Part shown: piece by piece, positions 38,101 through 51,489 of the stretch
Position numbering within the stretch: the stretch's first letter is position 1
How the letters are laid out: each line of letters begins with the position of its first letter
Assembly (NCBI GenBank): GCA_036172245.1
Contig: JAYWIR010000003.1
Coordinates: forward strand, 4,712,001-4,776,000
DNA from: Raillietiella orientalis
Taxonomy: Eukaryota
DNA length: 64,000 nucleotides
Direction of reading: 5' to 3'
The notes under the pieces: generated by a model
Database searches by the model: none
Told to the model about the DNA's origin: nothing
The model's input: the letters and a program-made list of their open reading frames with translations, nothing else
Position numbers and translations under genes: made by a program

Positions 38101-41100
38101 GGGTTTCTTTTTGCGAATCCTCTGTTTTCTAACTTAACAGTTCCAGTGGAAGTATCGAAACACCTCACTTTGGCTGCAGATGATGTGAATGGCTTCAACA
38201 CAAGCATGAAATCGATGTCGGATGCATCGACAAATACCCATCAGCATCACTGTTTTCACCATCACATTTCATGACCCCGATTTTCGCACTCGGCGTTCGT
38301 CTGGATTTGCATTCTGATTTTCAACTTGCCTTGATGAATTTTAGTGCATAGAATTTTGAATTTGTTCAGCGTTATCGGTTTTGACACCATGCCAATGGAA
38401 TTCAAACGTGAGGGCACATCTCAAAACCATCATCCGTGCATTCATTTATAAATCTCGAGTTTGCGCATTTGCTGAGGCACATTTGGGAGGTCATGCCCCC
38501 ATTCTGCCGGAAGACTGTCCTCGCTGAAGCCACATTCAGAAGTGGCATCAAGCCCCCCACCTCTTCATGTTTGCAGCCCAGTGTGTAGAGTTTGTGGTGG
38601 TTTTCTGCTTGATCCTCCTACTCCACATTATGGATACGTAGGCTTTTTGTATTTCCCAGAATTGGAACGAATTCCGGAAAATGACGTTTCTTTGGCACGT
38701 CGGTGGTTGCGCGGGCCAGGAGCTCCCCGTGAAGGGGGGGGGAGGGAACGGAATTTTGCAATTCCTTTTCTCCCCTGCGTTGAGCCACCCTCACCACTTT
38801 GGTGGTGCAAAAAAAAAAAAAAAAAAGCCTTGCCTGTTGCACAACTGCGGTGTGAAGGCAACTCCGGCTGCTCGTGGTACTTTGGAGTTGAGGCTGCACG
38901 CAGCGCTGATACGGGAGATGCTCGGTTGTGTGTGTATGTGTGTGTGTGTGTGCTTTTGTCTGTCTCCTCCGTTCGTTGTGCAGTAAACATGCAACTTCAA
39001 ATACGTAAACGGCATTCCTGTACACGCACGTCCATGTGCATGTACGGAGCTCACGCAAGCTCTCGGCTGACGGTCATTGGGAGTATGTGCTACGTTTCCG
39101 GGTGTGTGGTCAATGACAGGAGCCATGGACCACGGGAACATCTCAGGCCGATCTCAGGTGCCACAGATGTGAACGAGGAATAAAGGTTTTGGCGAAATCT
39201 TGCCTGAATTGTGGAGTTCACCGCCGTTCTTCTCCCGGTGTGCAAAATGGCAAAGTAAAATGCGTACACATTTCACAAAAGTTTTTATTTTTGTCGGAAA
39301 GAATTCTGAATGTCTCTTTCACCAACCTTCACTGTTGGGATCTCGGAAAGGCATTGCGAAATACATCTGAGGGTTACCTGAGAGAGATGCTGGTACTGTC
39401 GATCCACCCCAGCACTGGAACCGTGAAGAGACGGAAGCTGCTGTGCAACATACAGGCACGGTGTGTTTTCACTGTGGTGTATCGTACATTGTATGGGAAG
39501 CGTACACAAGCAATTAGGCGATCGCGCTATAATGTAGGTTTTCTGATCTCAGCACCTACCATTCAAAGGGATGCTGAGAATTCCTGAGCGTTCAGCGAAG
39601 ACGACGAATCTTTCACATCCACACTCACGAGGTACTGCCATTGTGGCTCACGCATAACTCCAGAAATCATCCCATTCAAGCTGAACACTGTGCTAACCTT
39701 TCACACTCTCCAAACGGTCTCTCGATTCAGGGCAATTGGTGCTGTTGCGGCAAACTGAATCAACGCATGCTGACAACTCGAGAAACGCTTGGCAGCTCTT
39801 TCTGCCATCAAATTTTCCGTTTGGAGCCACTGGGCTTTTCGGAAATGCAAGATTCGGTGCGCTGACGAAGGAAGCTGCCCCAAGTTTTCAGCAATTCCAG
39901 TTGCTTGGTCACGTTCGGCTTGCGTGTCTGCAGCTGGACCAACAACCTACACGATCAAAGGTGATCAGCGAGAAAGCATCCGGCAGTCTTTCTGGCAACC
40001 GCCTTTTCCGCACCTAGGCAGAACCTGGAAGACCCAGTTTTCTCGGCTGACCTCAGTAGGAAACTCTCGTACCCACCGGCTTAATGCGGTGCAGCAAGCC
40101 GAGGAATGGAACAACGCATGTCTTTTCCGCGAGCAGATCACGATTCTTGCGTTACTATCCGTTCTATTATCTCCATGAGTATGTTGAAAGTGAGAAGCAC
40201 TCCATAAATTACCAATCGTCGGAGGGATGGCCTGTGAGGGAAATCCACGAATCGATTCCCGCGATAAGTTGTGCATCGATATTAAGGCAGCGTGCAGCAC
40301 AATTTCTTGTACGGCGTACGTGTAAAGCGTTACTATGTCACCAACTCTGATAGTTGCCGGCGATAACGCAGATAGCTATTTGCGTTATGTACCAATAAGG
40401 AAGAGAAAAAGATAAAAAATCACACGGGCCAATCACACACTTCTGAGGATATTCTTGCAGCAAAAACCATCAGTTTCTTGTCTGCAGGCACTTCATGGCC
40501 ACCCCAAGATTTGGTGGTGGACATGAAGTTAACAGCGTTGGTATTTGCTCATAACAAAATGCAAACCCCTGGGAAAAATTTCCAGCAGAGAATAAATAGC
40601 AGGGGGTATCACTGCCTATGAGCAACTTGGCAGCTTTCACCAAAGCAGCGTACACTGCAAGGAAAGGTACGAGCTGGAAGTACAAGGTCGCGATGAACGA
40701 GGGATCGCAGTGTACTCCCGATGGATGATTGGGTTTTCCTTTTTTTTCTTTTTACAAATAAGGAAACAGATAACGGAACACTTGAAAATCCACAGTTGTT
40801 GATGACGACTCACATCGGGGTGCTGATAGTAAAGCAGAGTGGAGAGGAACAAGGAGAGGGAAGGAGAAGAAGAATACGTTCGAAGTGTCTCTTCGCCACT
40901 CGTTCCGTTTGAGAAGGAACGCGGGCGCGTGCACTTAGTGCATGGGTTTCGATAGGCATGCTGGTGTGAAACCGAGAAGCCCCCCAATTCAAGCTCTCGG
41001 ATAATGGAAGGAAGGGAATCTGACACTGACCAAGGAGCACTCCGCTGCTGACGCAAAGGCAGAACCAATACAATTTTCCTTTTTCCTTTTCGGGCTCGCT

Positions 41101-41699
41101 ACGTACTCGACAGACGCTCGCCTGGCGGCTCACGAAGCTCTTGAACGCCGCCCGCGCCACCCCATGGGAGCGTGAAGTGACTCTTCAGGTAGAAAGGGGG
41201 ATACTCCGGAAGGGAACCACACCCCATGGATCCAGGAAAGCTCCCGAAGGAAGGAGTCCGTTCCTTTCGCGCTTGGGAGGGAACCCTCCACCCTGGTTGT
41301 CTCCGAAGGAAACCTCTTCCTTGTTCTCTCCTAAAGAAGGGTGCGCGCTCCTGGAATTTCTTCTCCGGAGGGAAGCCGCAAGGGAACCGTTCCTCGTTTC
41401 CTCCTCCTCTGAAGAGAACTCCGAAGAGACGCTTCCAGATTTTCTCTGAAGCGCGCTCCTCGACACTCTGGAGAGGCAGCTCCCGAGGGGGATATCAACC
41501 AGCTCCATGACAACGGCTCCATTTTCACGACCGGAGCCGAGCCCCGAAGGGAACCGACTCCTCGATTCTGATTGCTGGAAGGACCCCGGAGGGGCAACTT
41601 CCAATCCCAGGGGCCAGCCAACGGAGCCACCTGGTCTTCGACTTGCACCGGCGCCGCACCCGAAGCTTGCGGACCAACCAGCATCATCCTGCGGGGAGG

Positions 41700-41830
41700 G
41701 GGGAGGATCGAACCCACGACGCACCCATTTTTCTCTCTGGCGTCGCTCCTTCCTCGAGTGAGATTCGAACCCGCGGCGCTCGGTACCTCGCGCGGAGACC
41801 TCAACAGCCACACGCCTTCCGACGCAGGTA
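41700..41830 (-). mobile_element. Degenerate tRNA-derived (SINE-like) Pol III internal promoter sequence
   Basis: B-box GGTTCGAATC (41762-41771), a second GGTTCGATCC (41705-41714) and an A-box-like TGGCTGTTGAGG (41799-41810). No complete cloverleaf can be formed. Confidence 0.3.
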
Positions 41831-42099
41831 TGGTTTTCCAAAAGTGCTGTCGCAACAACACCTGTCCCCCCCCCCCTTCTTTCCTCACTTCACTGTTGTC
41901 CTTGCCGCCTACAATCTCCAAGAGTTGCTTCCCAGCGTGCAAACGATTACCTTCCGGATCTCCAGCGCCAGCGTGTGCCATGCTTTTAATCCTTCTGGTC
42001 CACTCCACTCACGCGACTTCCCGAGCTTCTTCTGACTCAAAGCGTGCAGCTTCCTGAGCTCGGTGATCGGGTCCAGAAGCTTTCCTTTCGTGCGACGAG

Positions 42100-43500
42100 G
42101 TGCTCCGCGTCGGAGAAAGCCCCCGGTGAGTGACGGGTGATTTCCGCTCCGCATATTTCCTGCCGCGGCGACGACGACAAGTTGGGGACGCTCCGCAGGA
42201 GCCGCTCGCGCGAGGGTTTCGAGGTGAGGTCACCGGAGGGGAAGGTCAACACAATGGAGCGAGGGCTGGGAACCGTCTCCAGGACGGTGTGGTTCGACAC
42301 ACTTCGCCCGCTGCGCCTTCCCGGAATCCGCATTACAGGGAGCCACCGCGCGCCGGCGATGGTGCAAACGGGACTCGTTCAAAGGTCCCTCCTCCCCTAG
42401 CATCTTCCAGAAACGCGAGCTCCGTGAGGATCAGAACGAGTGGGATCCGCGAGCCGTCCGAGGTCCGAGAAAGATGACCGTCTGGGGATGGAGACGACGG
42501 TTGCGGATGCTGGGGAAGGAGCGCGTTCGTTGCCGAGGTCCTGGAGGAGAGGACGCAGCGACCTCGCAAGCACCTAAGCGATCCTCTAGCGGTGCTCCTC
42601 CCGTGAGCAGCACAGCGAAGGGCCACAATTTTTCGCCTCCTCCCAGGAACCTCGAGTCTCTCCGGAGAGGGGCTCTGAGGATCTCGCGTGGGTCGCGAGC
42701 CGCCCTACAAGCTGGTGTGCAGGACGTCCGCCTGTTACCTTCCCCCCGCTTTTTGTGCGGAGGGTGCAAGCAGCAGCAGGAAGGGAAGGAAACGTGGGGC
42801 GCCTCAGCGGGCCACTTCAAAGGGCCATCATCCCTTCCCCACTTCCGGCTCGTGGCACCATCCGAAGGGAGGCGCGGTGCGCATTACCGTCTGGGCAGGC
42901 GTCCGGGTCGCCCCTCCCCTCACCCGCAATTTTTCCGGAAAGCAACACCCGGCGGCACGTTGGACGTCTCCACCGCCCAACCGCACGGCGGACAGCCGCC
43001 CAAGCCTGGGGGCAGGCGGGTAGGCCAAGCGAGCGTCGCGAGTCCTGACAAACAGGGAAGTAAAGTCGGTCAGCCATCCAGGCCGGAGGAAGGGTCACCC
43101 GAACACCCGCTACCCACCGCCGTCCCCGCCACCAGGCCGCCCGGGATGCTGCTTCCCGAAGGAAGCAACAGCGATGCCCCTCCGATTCTGGACGGTCCTC
43201 ACTCCGCGCCACGGCGAAGGCTTCGCCCCAGGAACCGGCGTCGCATTCCCGCTCGGCCGTCTTCGCGAGGAGCGGAAGGAGGAAGAGGGGGGAAGGAGGC
43301 TACGCATCTACAGGGAGATTCTTGCGGCAACACCGCACTGGTTCAGGACCACGGGAAAGATCCGCGAGTTTTAGGAGTCTCTGCGGAGCGGCGCACACTC
43401 CGAGAGGGAGGAGATGAACCCTCTTCGATGGCGCACAGGCTGCAGGCGTCGAGTGCTAGGAGGAGGAAGGCGCGACGGCCACGACCACCTCTGAGGTGAG
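42100..43500 (+). mobile_element. Possible highly degenerate LINE reverse transcriptase / 3' remnant
   Basis: By eye only: GDD followed by GFEVRSPEGKVNTM, and later RRLRIYREI...WRTGC, which loosely resemble RT and post-RT motifs of invertebrate LINEs. The motifs are spread over several frames. Confidence 0.25.
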
Positions 43501-43803
43501 GGTGGCCCGGGGCTGCGGCTTCTCGCAGCTCCATGGCAGAAAGTTTTCGCGGCGCTTCGCCGCAGCGTACTGCGGCGGGCCGAACCCGCGGTGCAACAAC
43601 AAAAAAAAAACCCAACCGGCAAGGGTTGCTCAGGGGCTGCGAGTCTGCCGCCGGGGCCAAGAACTCGCGAGGGCCGCACGAAACCAAGCGACAGGAGGGC
43701 CGCAACGCCGGTAGAGGAAACTCCGCAGGAGCATGCCTCCGAGATGTGCCATCGTGTCCACTGGGCACGCAGCCCCCAGTGGTCCGCAAATGCACTCAAC
43801 AAT

Positions 43804-44020
43804 GCATGGGTTACAACGCACTGCATCCGCCCACGCCATGCATGCCGCAGCACATGCGGCGGATGCCAAGGCGACGCGCTCCGAAGCACCCGGCACTCGT
43901 CATAACGTGACAGCGTGTGCAGCAGTCCTCGTCACAACGCCGTCACGTTAGGACAGCAGCACAGGTGGCGTCTTGAGGACACGTCGCGAAATGAAATGAA
44001 AGCTGGGTTGTAACGCATGC
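43804..44020. repeat. Nested imperfect inverted repeats (foldback element)
   Basis: Paired segments: 43804-43817/44007-44020, 43823-43831/43858-43866, 43871-43882/43977-43987 and 43899-43919/43933-43954. Confidence 0.65.
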
Positions 44021-47000
44021 GGCGCGCGCCCCAAGTGTGGACTCGCGTCTCCATGGCACCGGAGATCGTGGTCCCTCAATATTCCAGAGGAACGCTGGAC
44101 GGGTCGGAAAAACAGGGTGCGGTCACGGTTCGAGGGAAGGGAGGGGGGAAAAGGGGCAAAGGGCAGCACAGCTGACGCCCGGGCTCTTCGGAGGGAAAGC
44201 GAGTATGCGCGTGGGAGAGCCCACGCGACCCCACGGCGGACTTCTCCGGTGGTCACCCTGTCCAGGTGGTCATGTCCGTGCGCCGTCGTTGCGCAGAGCC
44301 TCGAAAGAGCGTACGCGTGCGCGGTGCCGCATAATGCGCAGAGGGCCGCACGCTGCGTACGCGACGGAGCGAAAGCGAGGCGCCGGACACTCCGCTTGCG
44401 CACGTGGAACATGAACATGCGGAAGAAGTGTGGGTGCGGGCGACCCTTGGCGTGCGAAGGCGTGGATTCACGCGCAGACGGCGGATGAAGCGCAGGCGAA
44501 TCGACGACTGGACCGAGAGGACGCATACGCACCACGGGGTCTGTTGGCACGCGTGCACGATCCAGTGGTGGCTGCGTGGCATCAACGACGATGGCGCCGT
44601 TGTCGTCCCGGAGAGCGCGGTCGCGAGCCCGCGGGGAAGGGGGGAGGAGGGAAAAACCCCGAGAGGAGGAGCGCCGCGAACGAGGTGAGGGCAGCCTCGC
44701 ATGGCGGCTCCCTCCCCACAAGTCTGCGGAGGCAGGCGGCTGGTCCCTCCCCAGACGAAAGGGCAACTGGGCCGCCAAGGGTCCATCCGTCTACTCGGAG
44801 CTGCATGGCGCCTGCACGCCCCCACGCCCCTGGGGGCCCGCTGCCGCACCGCCTGGCTGGCCCCAGTGGAGATCGGTCGGTGAAGGCGCCGGCTGAGCGC
44901 TGGCACAGATCCGGCCGACCTCCAACCCTTTTCGCCCTCGGGTGACCAGCGCCCGTCCAGCCTGCCTGTTAGGGGCGAACGCCCTTTTGCTCGCTTCGCG
45001 GGCATTGCGCCGCTCCTCTCGTGGGCGAGGACGCGGGAGGGCAGGGCAGATGCGCCCACGCACGCGGAGGCAACTCGGTCCCTCCGATGGCGCGGCACCG
45101 GGCCGAAGGTCACTCGTCCCGCAGAGTGGCGCGGCTGCCCGGCGCGATGTTCGGACCTCTCCCCGCTCGGGTCCACCCAGGTCCGCAGGAAGAGTGCGGT
45201 GCCCAACCACCCCGCCCCTCGCATGCGGCCCCATGGGATCCCCAGGTACGAGGCCAGCGGCAGCTCCACCCTCGAACTGACAGGAAGTGGTGGAAAGGAG
45301 CCGGGAACGACGAGGGAGACGCGCGAGCACGGAAGGGCCTTTGGGTCGGGAGGAAACTCCGATGGGGGCACCGCGTGGCGTCGTTCCTCGTCTCCGACTC
45401 CCGGCCGCGGTGCGGTGCGGGCGATCGCTAGGGATGGAGACGCCCCGTCCCTTTCCGAGAAGAGGAGACAGCGGGAGGCAAAGGGTCCGACGCTTCCAGG
45501 GTGTGGGCGGAGGGGCTGTCGCCCGAATCCACGAGGACGCCTCCTCCTGATCTGGAACAGCGAGGGGCACGAGACATGTAGGGCAACGTCTCCCCCCCCC
45601 CCCCCCCAGAGCGCCGTCGTCGGCAAGAGGAAGAAAAATGGATCGGGAGCGCGCGTCCTCTGTTGAAAATTTCCACTACGAAGGGGAGCCAAAAGGTGAA
45701 GAGCGCGAAGTATGGGCGACCCGCACAACGTGGGCCGCGGTGGACCAAGGGAGTCGATCGCGTACGGGCCCGGTCCGGGAAGATACTCGCGAGGGAATTC
45801 CCGGGATGGGATCAGAGGTGGGCAACCTGCCCAACGCGCGCGGGCTGTCGGGCGCAGGACGCCGCCGCCGACACCATCACCTCGTCGTCAGCGCGCGCGC
45901 GCTGACACCCACCCGCCCAGATTCGCTGCCGGCTTTTCACGAGGAGCGTTCCGCACGTCAGCGCCACCCAAGCAGATGCGGCGGAAACCGCCGGGACGCC
46001 CTGGAAAACAGGAGGAGGAGGCACGGAAAACTGAGTGAAGGGAGGAATGTTTTTTGGGAAGAGCTGGCGTTGCTTTCCTTTCGCACGCCGCCACGGGAGG
46101 CGAGGTGGGAACCCGGGCCAATTAAGATACGTGGAAGTTTCCTTCGCGGGGCGGTAGGAATGGGAGGAGGAGGAAGGAGGGGGGGAGGATGAACCTTTCG
46201 CTGGTCGGCACGGCGAACGGGAGAGCCGCGCGCTCGGGACGCTCTCCTCGTCGGGTTGACGATCCGGGCCTCCAAAGGAAAGAAGACCGGTTGTAAGAGG
46301 AGGAGAAGCGCTGGCGGAAGTCTTAGAAAGGAGGCTGCAGAGGACTGCACTTGGACCCGCGACAACGAATGGCGAGCAAGTGCAATCCGTCCCGGTGGAT
46401 GCGGTGAACGGCTGGCCACCCGCTGCCGCGAAGGACCCGGGGTGGACCGCACCAGAGTGGGCAGAACGCGCGTGCGAAACGAGCGCAGAAGCCACGGAGA
46501 CCGCCACTGCCTAGCGGATCCGAACGCCGCCGAAGAGCACATGAGGGTGGGGGTGGACACGAACGGCTGCTACTGCTGCTGGAAGCAGAGGGCACCTTCG
46601 GTGGTGGACTAGCACTCCCGGAGGCACAAACTGGCGAAGCCGCATCCGGCGCGCGCACTGCGTCGACGTAAGTGGAGGGAAAGGAAGGGAGGGGGTGGGG
46701 TAACTCTTAGGGTCCACCGCGCCGCGAGTTGCCGCCACGCAGCATTCCGCGCGCCATCGTACAGGAAGCTTGCGGCGGTGGACGGAAAAAAAGCTGCAGA
46801 ACGATGTACGGCGGGGAGACAGCCAGACTTGACCACCCCCTTGGTCTCCTCTTCCTTCGCTGACGGCACCGCAGGCGGTGGACCGAGAGTGCGGTGGACG
46901 CCCGCTCGTGTTGCTAGGCTCGACGTTCCGCACCGCCCGTTCGCCGTCTGTGGACCCGTGGGGCGAACGGCTCACGCCCTGCTCGACGTCGCCTCCGTGG

Positions 47001-47939
47001 GAGGCCGCGCTGCGTTTTCGCCAACGGTGGTGCTCCGGGAAGGGCGAAAGGGGTAGCAGGTGGGGCGACGGCGTCCTGTCGCCGCGTGCTCCGTACTTCG
47101 GCCCTTGCATCCCCCTTCACGCCCATCAGCGGGGGGAGGGAGAGGGGTCGGTCCCCTCTCTGGCGACCTGTGGGGGCTGCGTTGCTGGCCGATCACTTTC
47201 GCGGACTCTCGCGCGGAAGTCCAGAAGCTCCGGCTTTCGCGTCGTTTCTTGCATGCCCTGCAAGCACAAACGAAAACAAACGAGCAAAAGGAAAACTACG
47301 CGAGCAGCACCGCTGCGCCCAGCCCGTGGTTCCCACCGTCGCGCCACCTAAAAGACGGGAAAACCACCACCGTCCGGAGTCGACCGGTCGGGTACGACGC
47401 GGTTCCCGAGACGCTCCAGCGGGTTTCCGTGGACGCTGCACGCACGAGGCCGCCCGCCACCCCTTGGGTGCGCCGCTGCAGCGAAACAGGGACGCGGGCA
47501 CCCTGGCCGACGGACGGATGCGCAGGATCGGCCGATCTCCCGCTCTACGGCGCGCCGCGCGGGTCAATGACCGGTTGCCAGACGACCGTCGGTCTTCTGC
47601 AGGACTGCAGTCCCCCGGCGACAACCCCGTTCCAGCAGAAAGCAGGGTGCGTGTTGTTTGTCTGGCACGGACTGGGAAGGTCGCGGGAGATCCGTCGAAG
47701 ACGCCTTCGTCGCGGCCGGGGGACCCGGAGAAGTCGTTCCGGGGTGGCGGGGGCGAGAGAGGGTTACGCGGAGTTCCATCTCCCAAAGTGACAAACAAAG
47801 AAGGAAAAAAATAATAATTCAACAGCCGAACTAGATAGCTAAGTCCTCCTCCAGCAGCCGGTCGCCAGGGAGCGAACTCACCGCGGAATGTCCTTCGATC
47901 AGTGACAGGCCGTGTGCAGAACGGCAAAGGAGAAGCGGG

Positions 47940-48900
47940 GTGTGGACAGCGCTCTTGCGGGGATTTCGAGGGAAGACGGCCAGAGCTGGGCTTCCTCCGA
48001 AATGGGCAAGAGCGACGCTGAGGGTTTCACCCAGTCGGTGCGATGGGCCCCTCGCGTTCGTTCGCTCCTGCCGGGAAAGTGGCGACGCGATGGGTTCGCA
48101 GGTGAGACGCATGCGGACCGCGTTAGCCGGGAGTCTTCGTCGCCATGGGAAGGCCCGGCAGGAAGCCGGGTTTCCAGGAAGCGGATGGCAGCAGAAGAGG
48201 ATTGGAGCGAGGGGGCGAGGCAAGCAACTCCGCAGCTGCACCTTCTTGAATGGGGTGGCTCAGCATGGGTGGTGGTGGCTCAGGCCCCTCAGAAACAGCA
48301 TGCAAGGACTGCTCGGAAGGCGGAAAGCCGCAAGCCACCGACCGAAGCGCCTGCGGAATCGCGCGCGCACCTCGGCGAATACGATACGCCATCCGCTTCC
48401 GGATGTCTTTCACGCAAGGAGCAGGCGGACGGAAGGGATGCGGGAGGATCCCACCCGCCCTGGCAGTCACGCAGCTCCTTTGCTGTTCGCTCAAACTACC
48501 GTCTGCCGCTGTGGTCCTCCACACATTCAGCTGGAGGGGATCAGCACGTCCGGCACGCCCACATGCACCACGAAATGAACGAATGCCGTCGTCTTGCGAA
48601 CATGCAAAGGTGCGAAGCGACGGACAGAGACGCGGCCCTCGAAGAGGGGTCGCGGCCACATTGCGGCGGCGCACCGCTCGTTCAATCACCGGGTCGAAAG
48701 CTCATGGAAGAAGAAGGCACGCACACAAGAGCCTGGCTACCATCAGGAAAGCACCGAGGCAACGAGCAGAAGAAGCCAGAACCGTGGGAAGGCGGAAGCG
48801 ATGGGAGGCGGTTACCAGGATGCAATCGGTTTCATGGGGAACGCGGCGGCGGAACGAAGGCCCAAAGGCTTTTTTGCCACTTGTTGTACGCACACTTGTG
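47940..48900 (+). mobile_element. Possible highly degenerate LINE RT remnant
   Basis: LPPKWARATL...QEAGFPGSG loosely matches the RT N-terminal pattern P..W......(E)QAGFR.G. No intact YxDD motif was seen. Confidence 0.2.
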
Positions 48901-50109
48901 GGATCGGCAGGCTCCCTCTCCCCCCCACCAATGAAGCTGCCGCCAAGGGCCCATCCGCCTCGCGCCGACGTCGTTAGGCTGGTGGAGGAGGAGCAGCAGC
49001 AGCACAGAACCTCCTCCCTGCTCCCTGCGCGCACCACTTTTTGCCGCTCGCCAGCCGGGGGTGCGCCTTTCGACCGACGGTCGAGTCGCCGCCGCGAGGG
49101 GAGCCACGCCGCGCTGCCGCCGCACGTAAACGAAAGGCGTCCTTCGTTCTGGTGATTTGACCCATCCGGCCTTCCGCCGCCTGTGTCCCAGTCACGCGGG
49201 GGGGGGGGGGGGCACAGATCCTCGGGTGAGCGGAGCAGAAGACCTCCCCGCTGATCTTCCCAAAGTGACGATGGGAGTTTTTCGTCGACTGGCCGCGACC
49301 CCGCGCGCTCACTTCTTCTTCTTGCACAGCGCTCAGGGGGGACGAGCTCGGAAGCACCGCAACGCCGCCGTCCCGGTTGCTTCCGGGCAGGCATTCCTCG
49401 ACCGCGACCGCCCCCCGGAAACGTGCGCACGGGGCACTCGCAACTTCTTCTTCTCCCCCCCTTGCAGTGGGGAATCGCCGCACCTTCCAGCAGGCAGCGA
49501 GGGGAGACGTCCCCCGCCCGCACCGCCTCTTCCTCGCAAGAGCGCCGAAAAAGCCGGCGTGGCCGCTGACCAGGGCGCCAAGGGAGCGCGCGCCGCCGCC
49601 GGCGAGCCGACCAGCCGCAGGAAACAACCAATGCAGACTTAAGATATATTTGACTGTATTTGCACGATGACTGTGGTCGATACATTTCTGAGGCTCACTT
49701 TGAAACGGAACATATTCTTCACTTAAAAACTAAAGGACTTTGTTATAGAATTTGAATTTCAACAAAGCAATTACTTTGATTTACTTCAATAATACATTAT
49801 TCAATACTATGGCGGTACTTTATCAAAGTTACTCAGCAACTGTATACACAAAAACTTTTCCAAAACTATAAAAAATCTTTGAGTTGAACTGTTTACTATT
49901 GCAAAGTTATACTGTCAGGCATCTAACGTTCCTCTTATTTAGAAGCAAATAGAAACACTGCTATCCAAGTAATATGAATTTCACACTAATCAGGCTTCTA
50001 GCGCGTTGTGAATTCGACTGCATGCCGAGCGGACCAACGACACGTTCGCTCGTCACAATCTGCATGGCCAACGAATATCACAGTTTGCGAAAAGGTTTCA
50101 CAAAACTAT

Positions 50110-51457
50110 TCAGACAAAGGGAAACGCTGCAGAATCCTTGGTTCCGTACATATCGCTGTCGTTTCGTACTCGCTGCTGTCTCTTATTACCTCTTCCTGAC
50201 GACCAACTCCCGCGTCTTCTTCCACCGTTTCGACCCCACTCTTCCCCTACTGAATATTGACGTCCCATATCGATATTGGAACGGAAATAGTTTTCTTGGT
50301 TGGGAAAGAATGGGGTACTGAGCAGAGGGGGGCGGACCCCTCGAGGATCGATGGGAGCTAATCCTTGGGGTAAGGGCAACAGACCACTACCTTGCACGGG
50401 AAGAGGTAACAGAGAGGGCTTTTCTATGAGTCCGTCCGTCCGCTCCGCGCTCCTGAGGCGCGGGTCCGAATTGGCCCGAGGCACTTCTTCACGAGAGTTG
50501 GGCAAACTAGAACTTCGACTTTCCGCTTGCTCCAGCATGCGTGCCAGGCGGGGGTCGTGCATGTTGACGCGCAGAGTGGCGGCGGAGGGAGCGGACGACG
50601 ACGACGAAGGCGACGACGACTCGATGGCGCTCGACTCCGCTTCCTTGGCGGCGGAGGTGCTGCTGCTGCTGCTGCTGCTGCGGGCCACCAGGTATTTCCG
50701 GAGGCGAGGATCGGACTGGGCAGAAGGATCAGAAGGGTCAAAGCGAACGTTGCTGTAGTCAGGAGCAGATCGTTGCGTCATCGGAAGCAAACGATAGCGA
50801 AGTTGGGGATGCGTCAGTATCGAAGCATTAATTTCTTTGCATGGCGCGTGATCCGGAATACGCAAGCCAAGTAAATTGTCGGTACGCAAGTCCGTGTCAC
50901 CAGTCGGCATTTTGCGTAGGTCCGTATCACCAAACAGATTGCGGAGATCGGTATCGCGTGGATGCAAGTCCGCATCAATGCGGAAGTGACGCAGATCGAC
51001 GTCCTGCTTAAGACGAGGATCACGTGGATCGGACACGGCGGTGGAAGGGCAATCGGGTACCTTTCTGGAGCCGTCCTCCGATCCTTGAATCGACGATAGC
51101 ACTTTGGCGATGTTCGACGGTAGGTTAATCTTAGAAAAATCAAAGGAAACTGGGGGGCTGGAGCGTAACGGTGGGGAGTCCGTCAGGGCGGTGCTCCCCG
51201 CTTTGCTCTCGGTGGCCGGCGGGGCGTCCAGCTTGCGTAGCACATCCTTCAGCAGGTTGCCGCCACCTTTCTCCCTTTCGTCCTCTTCGCTGGAGTACCA
51301 GCACTCGTCTTCCGCCGGGGGGGCGCACGAGGAGACCGCTTCGTGCTGCGAATGAGTCTTTTGCTGGCGCTGCTGGATCCTCATGAACAGCTCCCTCTGG
51401 CGCCGTGGCAAATGAGTGGGCACGCTCAGCACCGCAGCCGCCGCTTGCTGCTGCAGC

Positions 51458-51489
<32 letters not shown>

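Noticed and set aside
36880..40350. Short coding-like ORFs as possible ATRX ADD exons or a pseudogene
   Set aside because: There is no Cys pattern matching GATA/PHD fingers, stops are frequent, and no consistent splice chain could be built.
41700..41830. tRNA gene
   Set aside because: B-boxes are present, but acceptor and anticodon stems cannot be formed. Kept only as a low-confidence SINE-like remnant.
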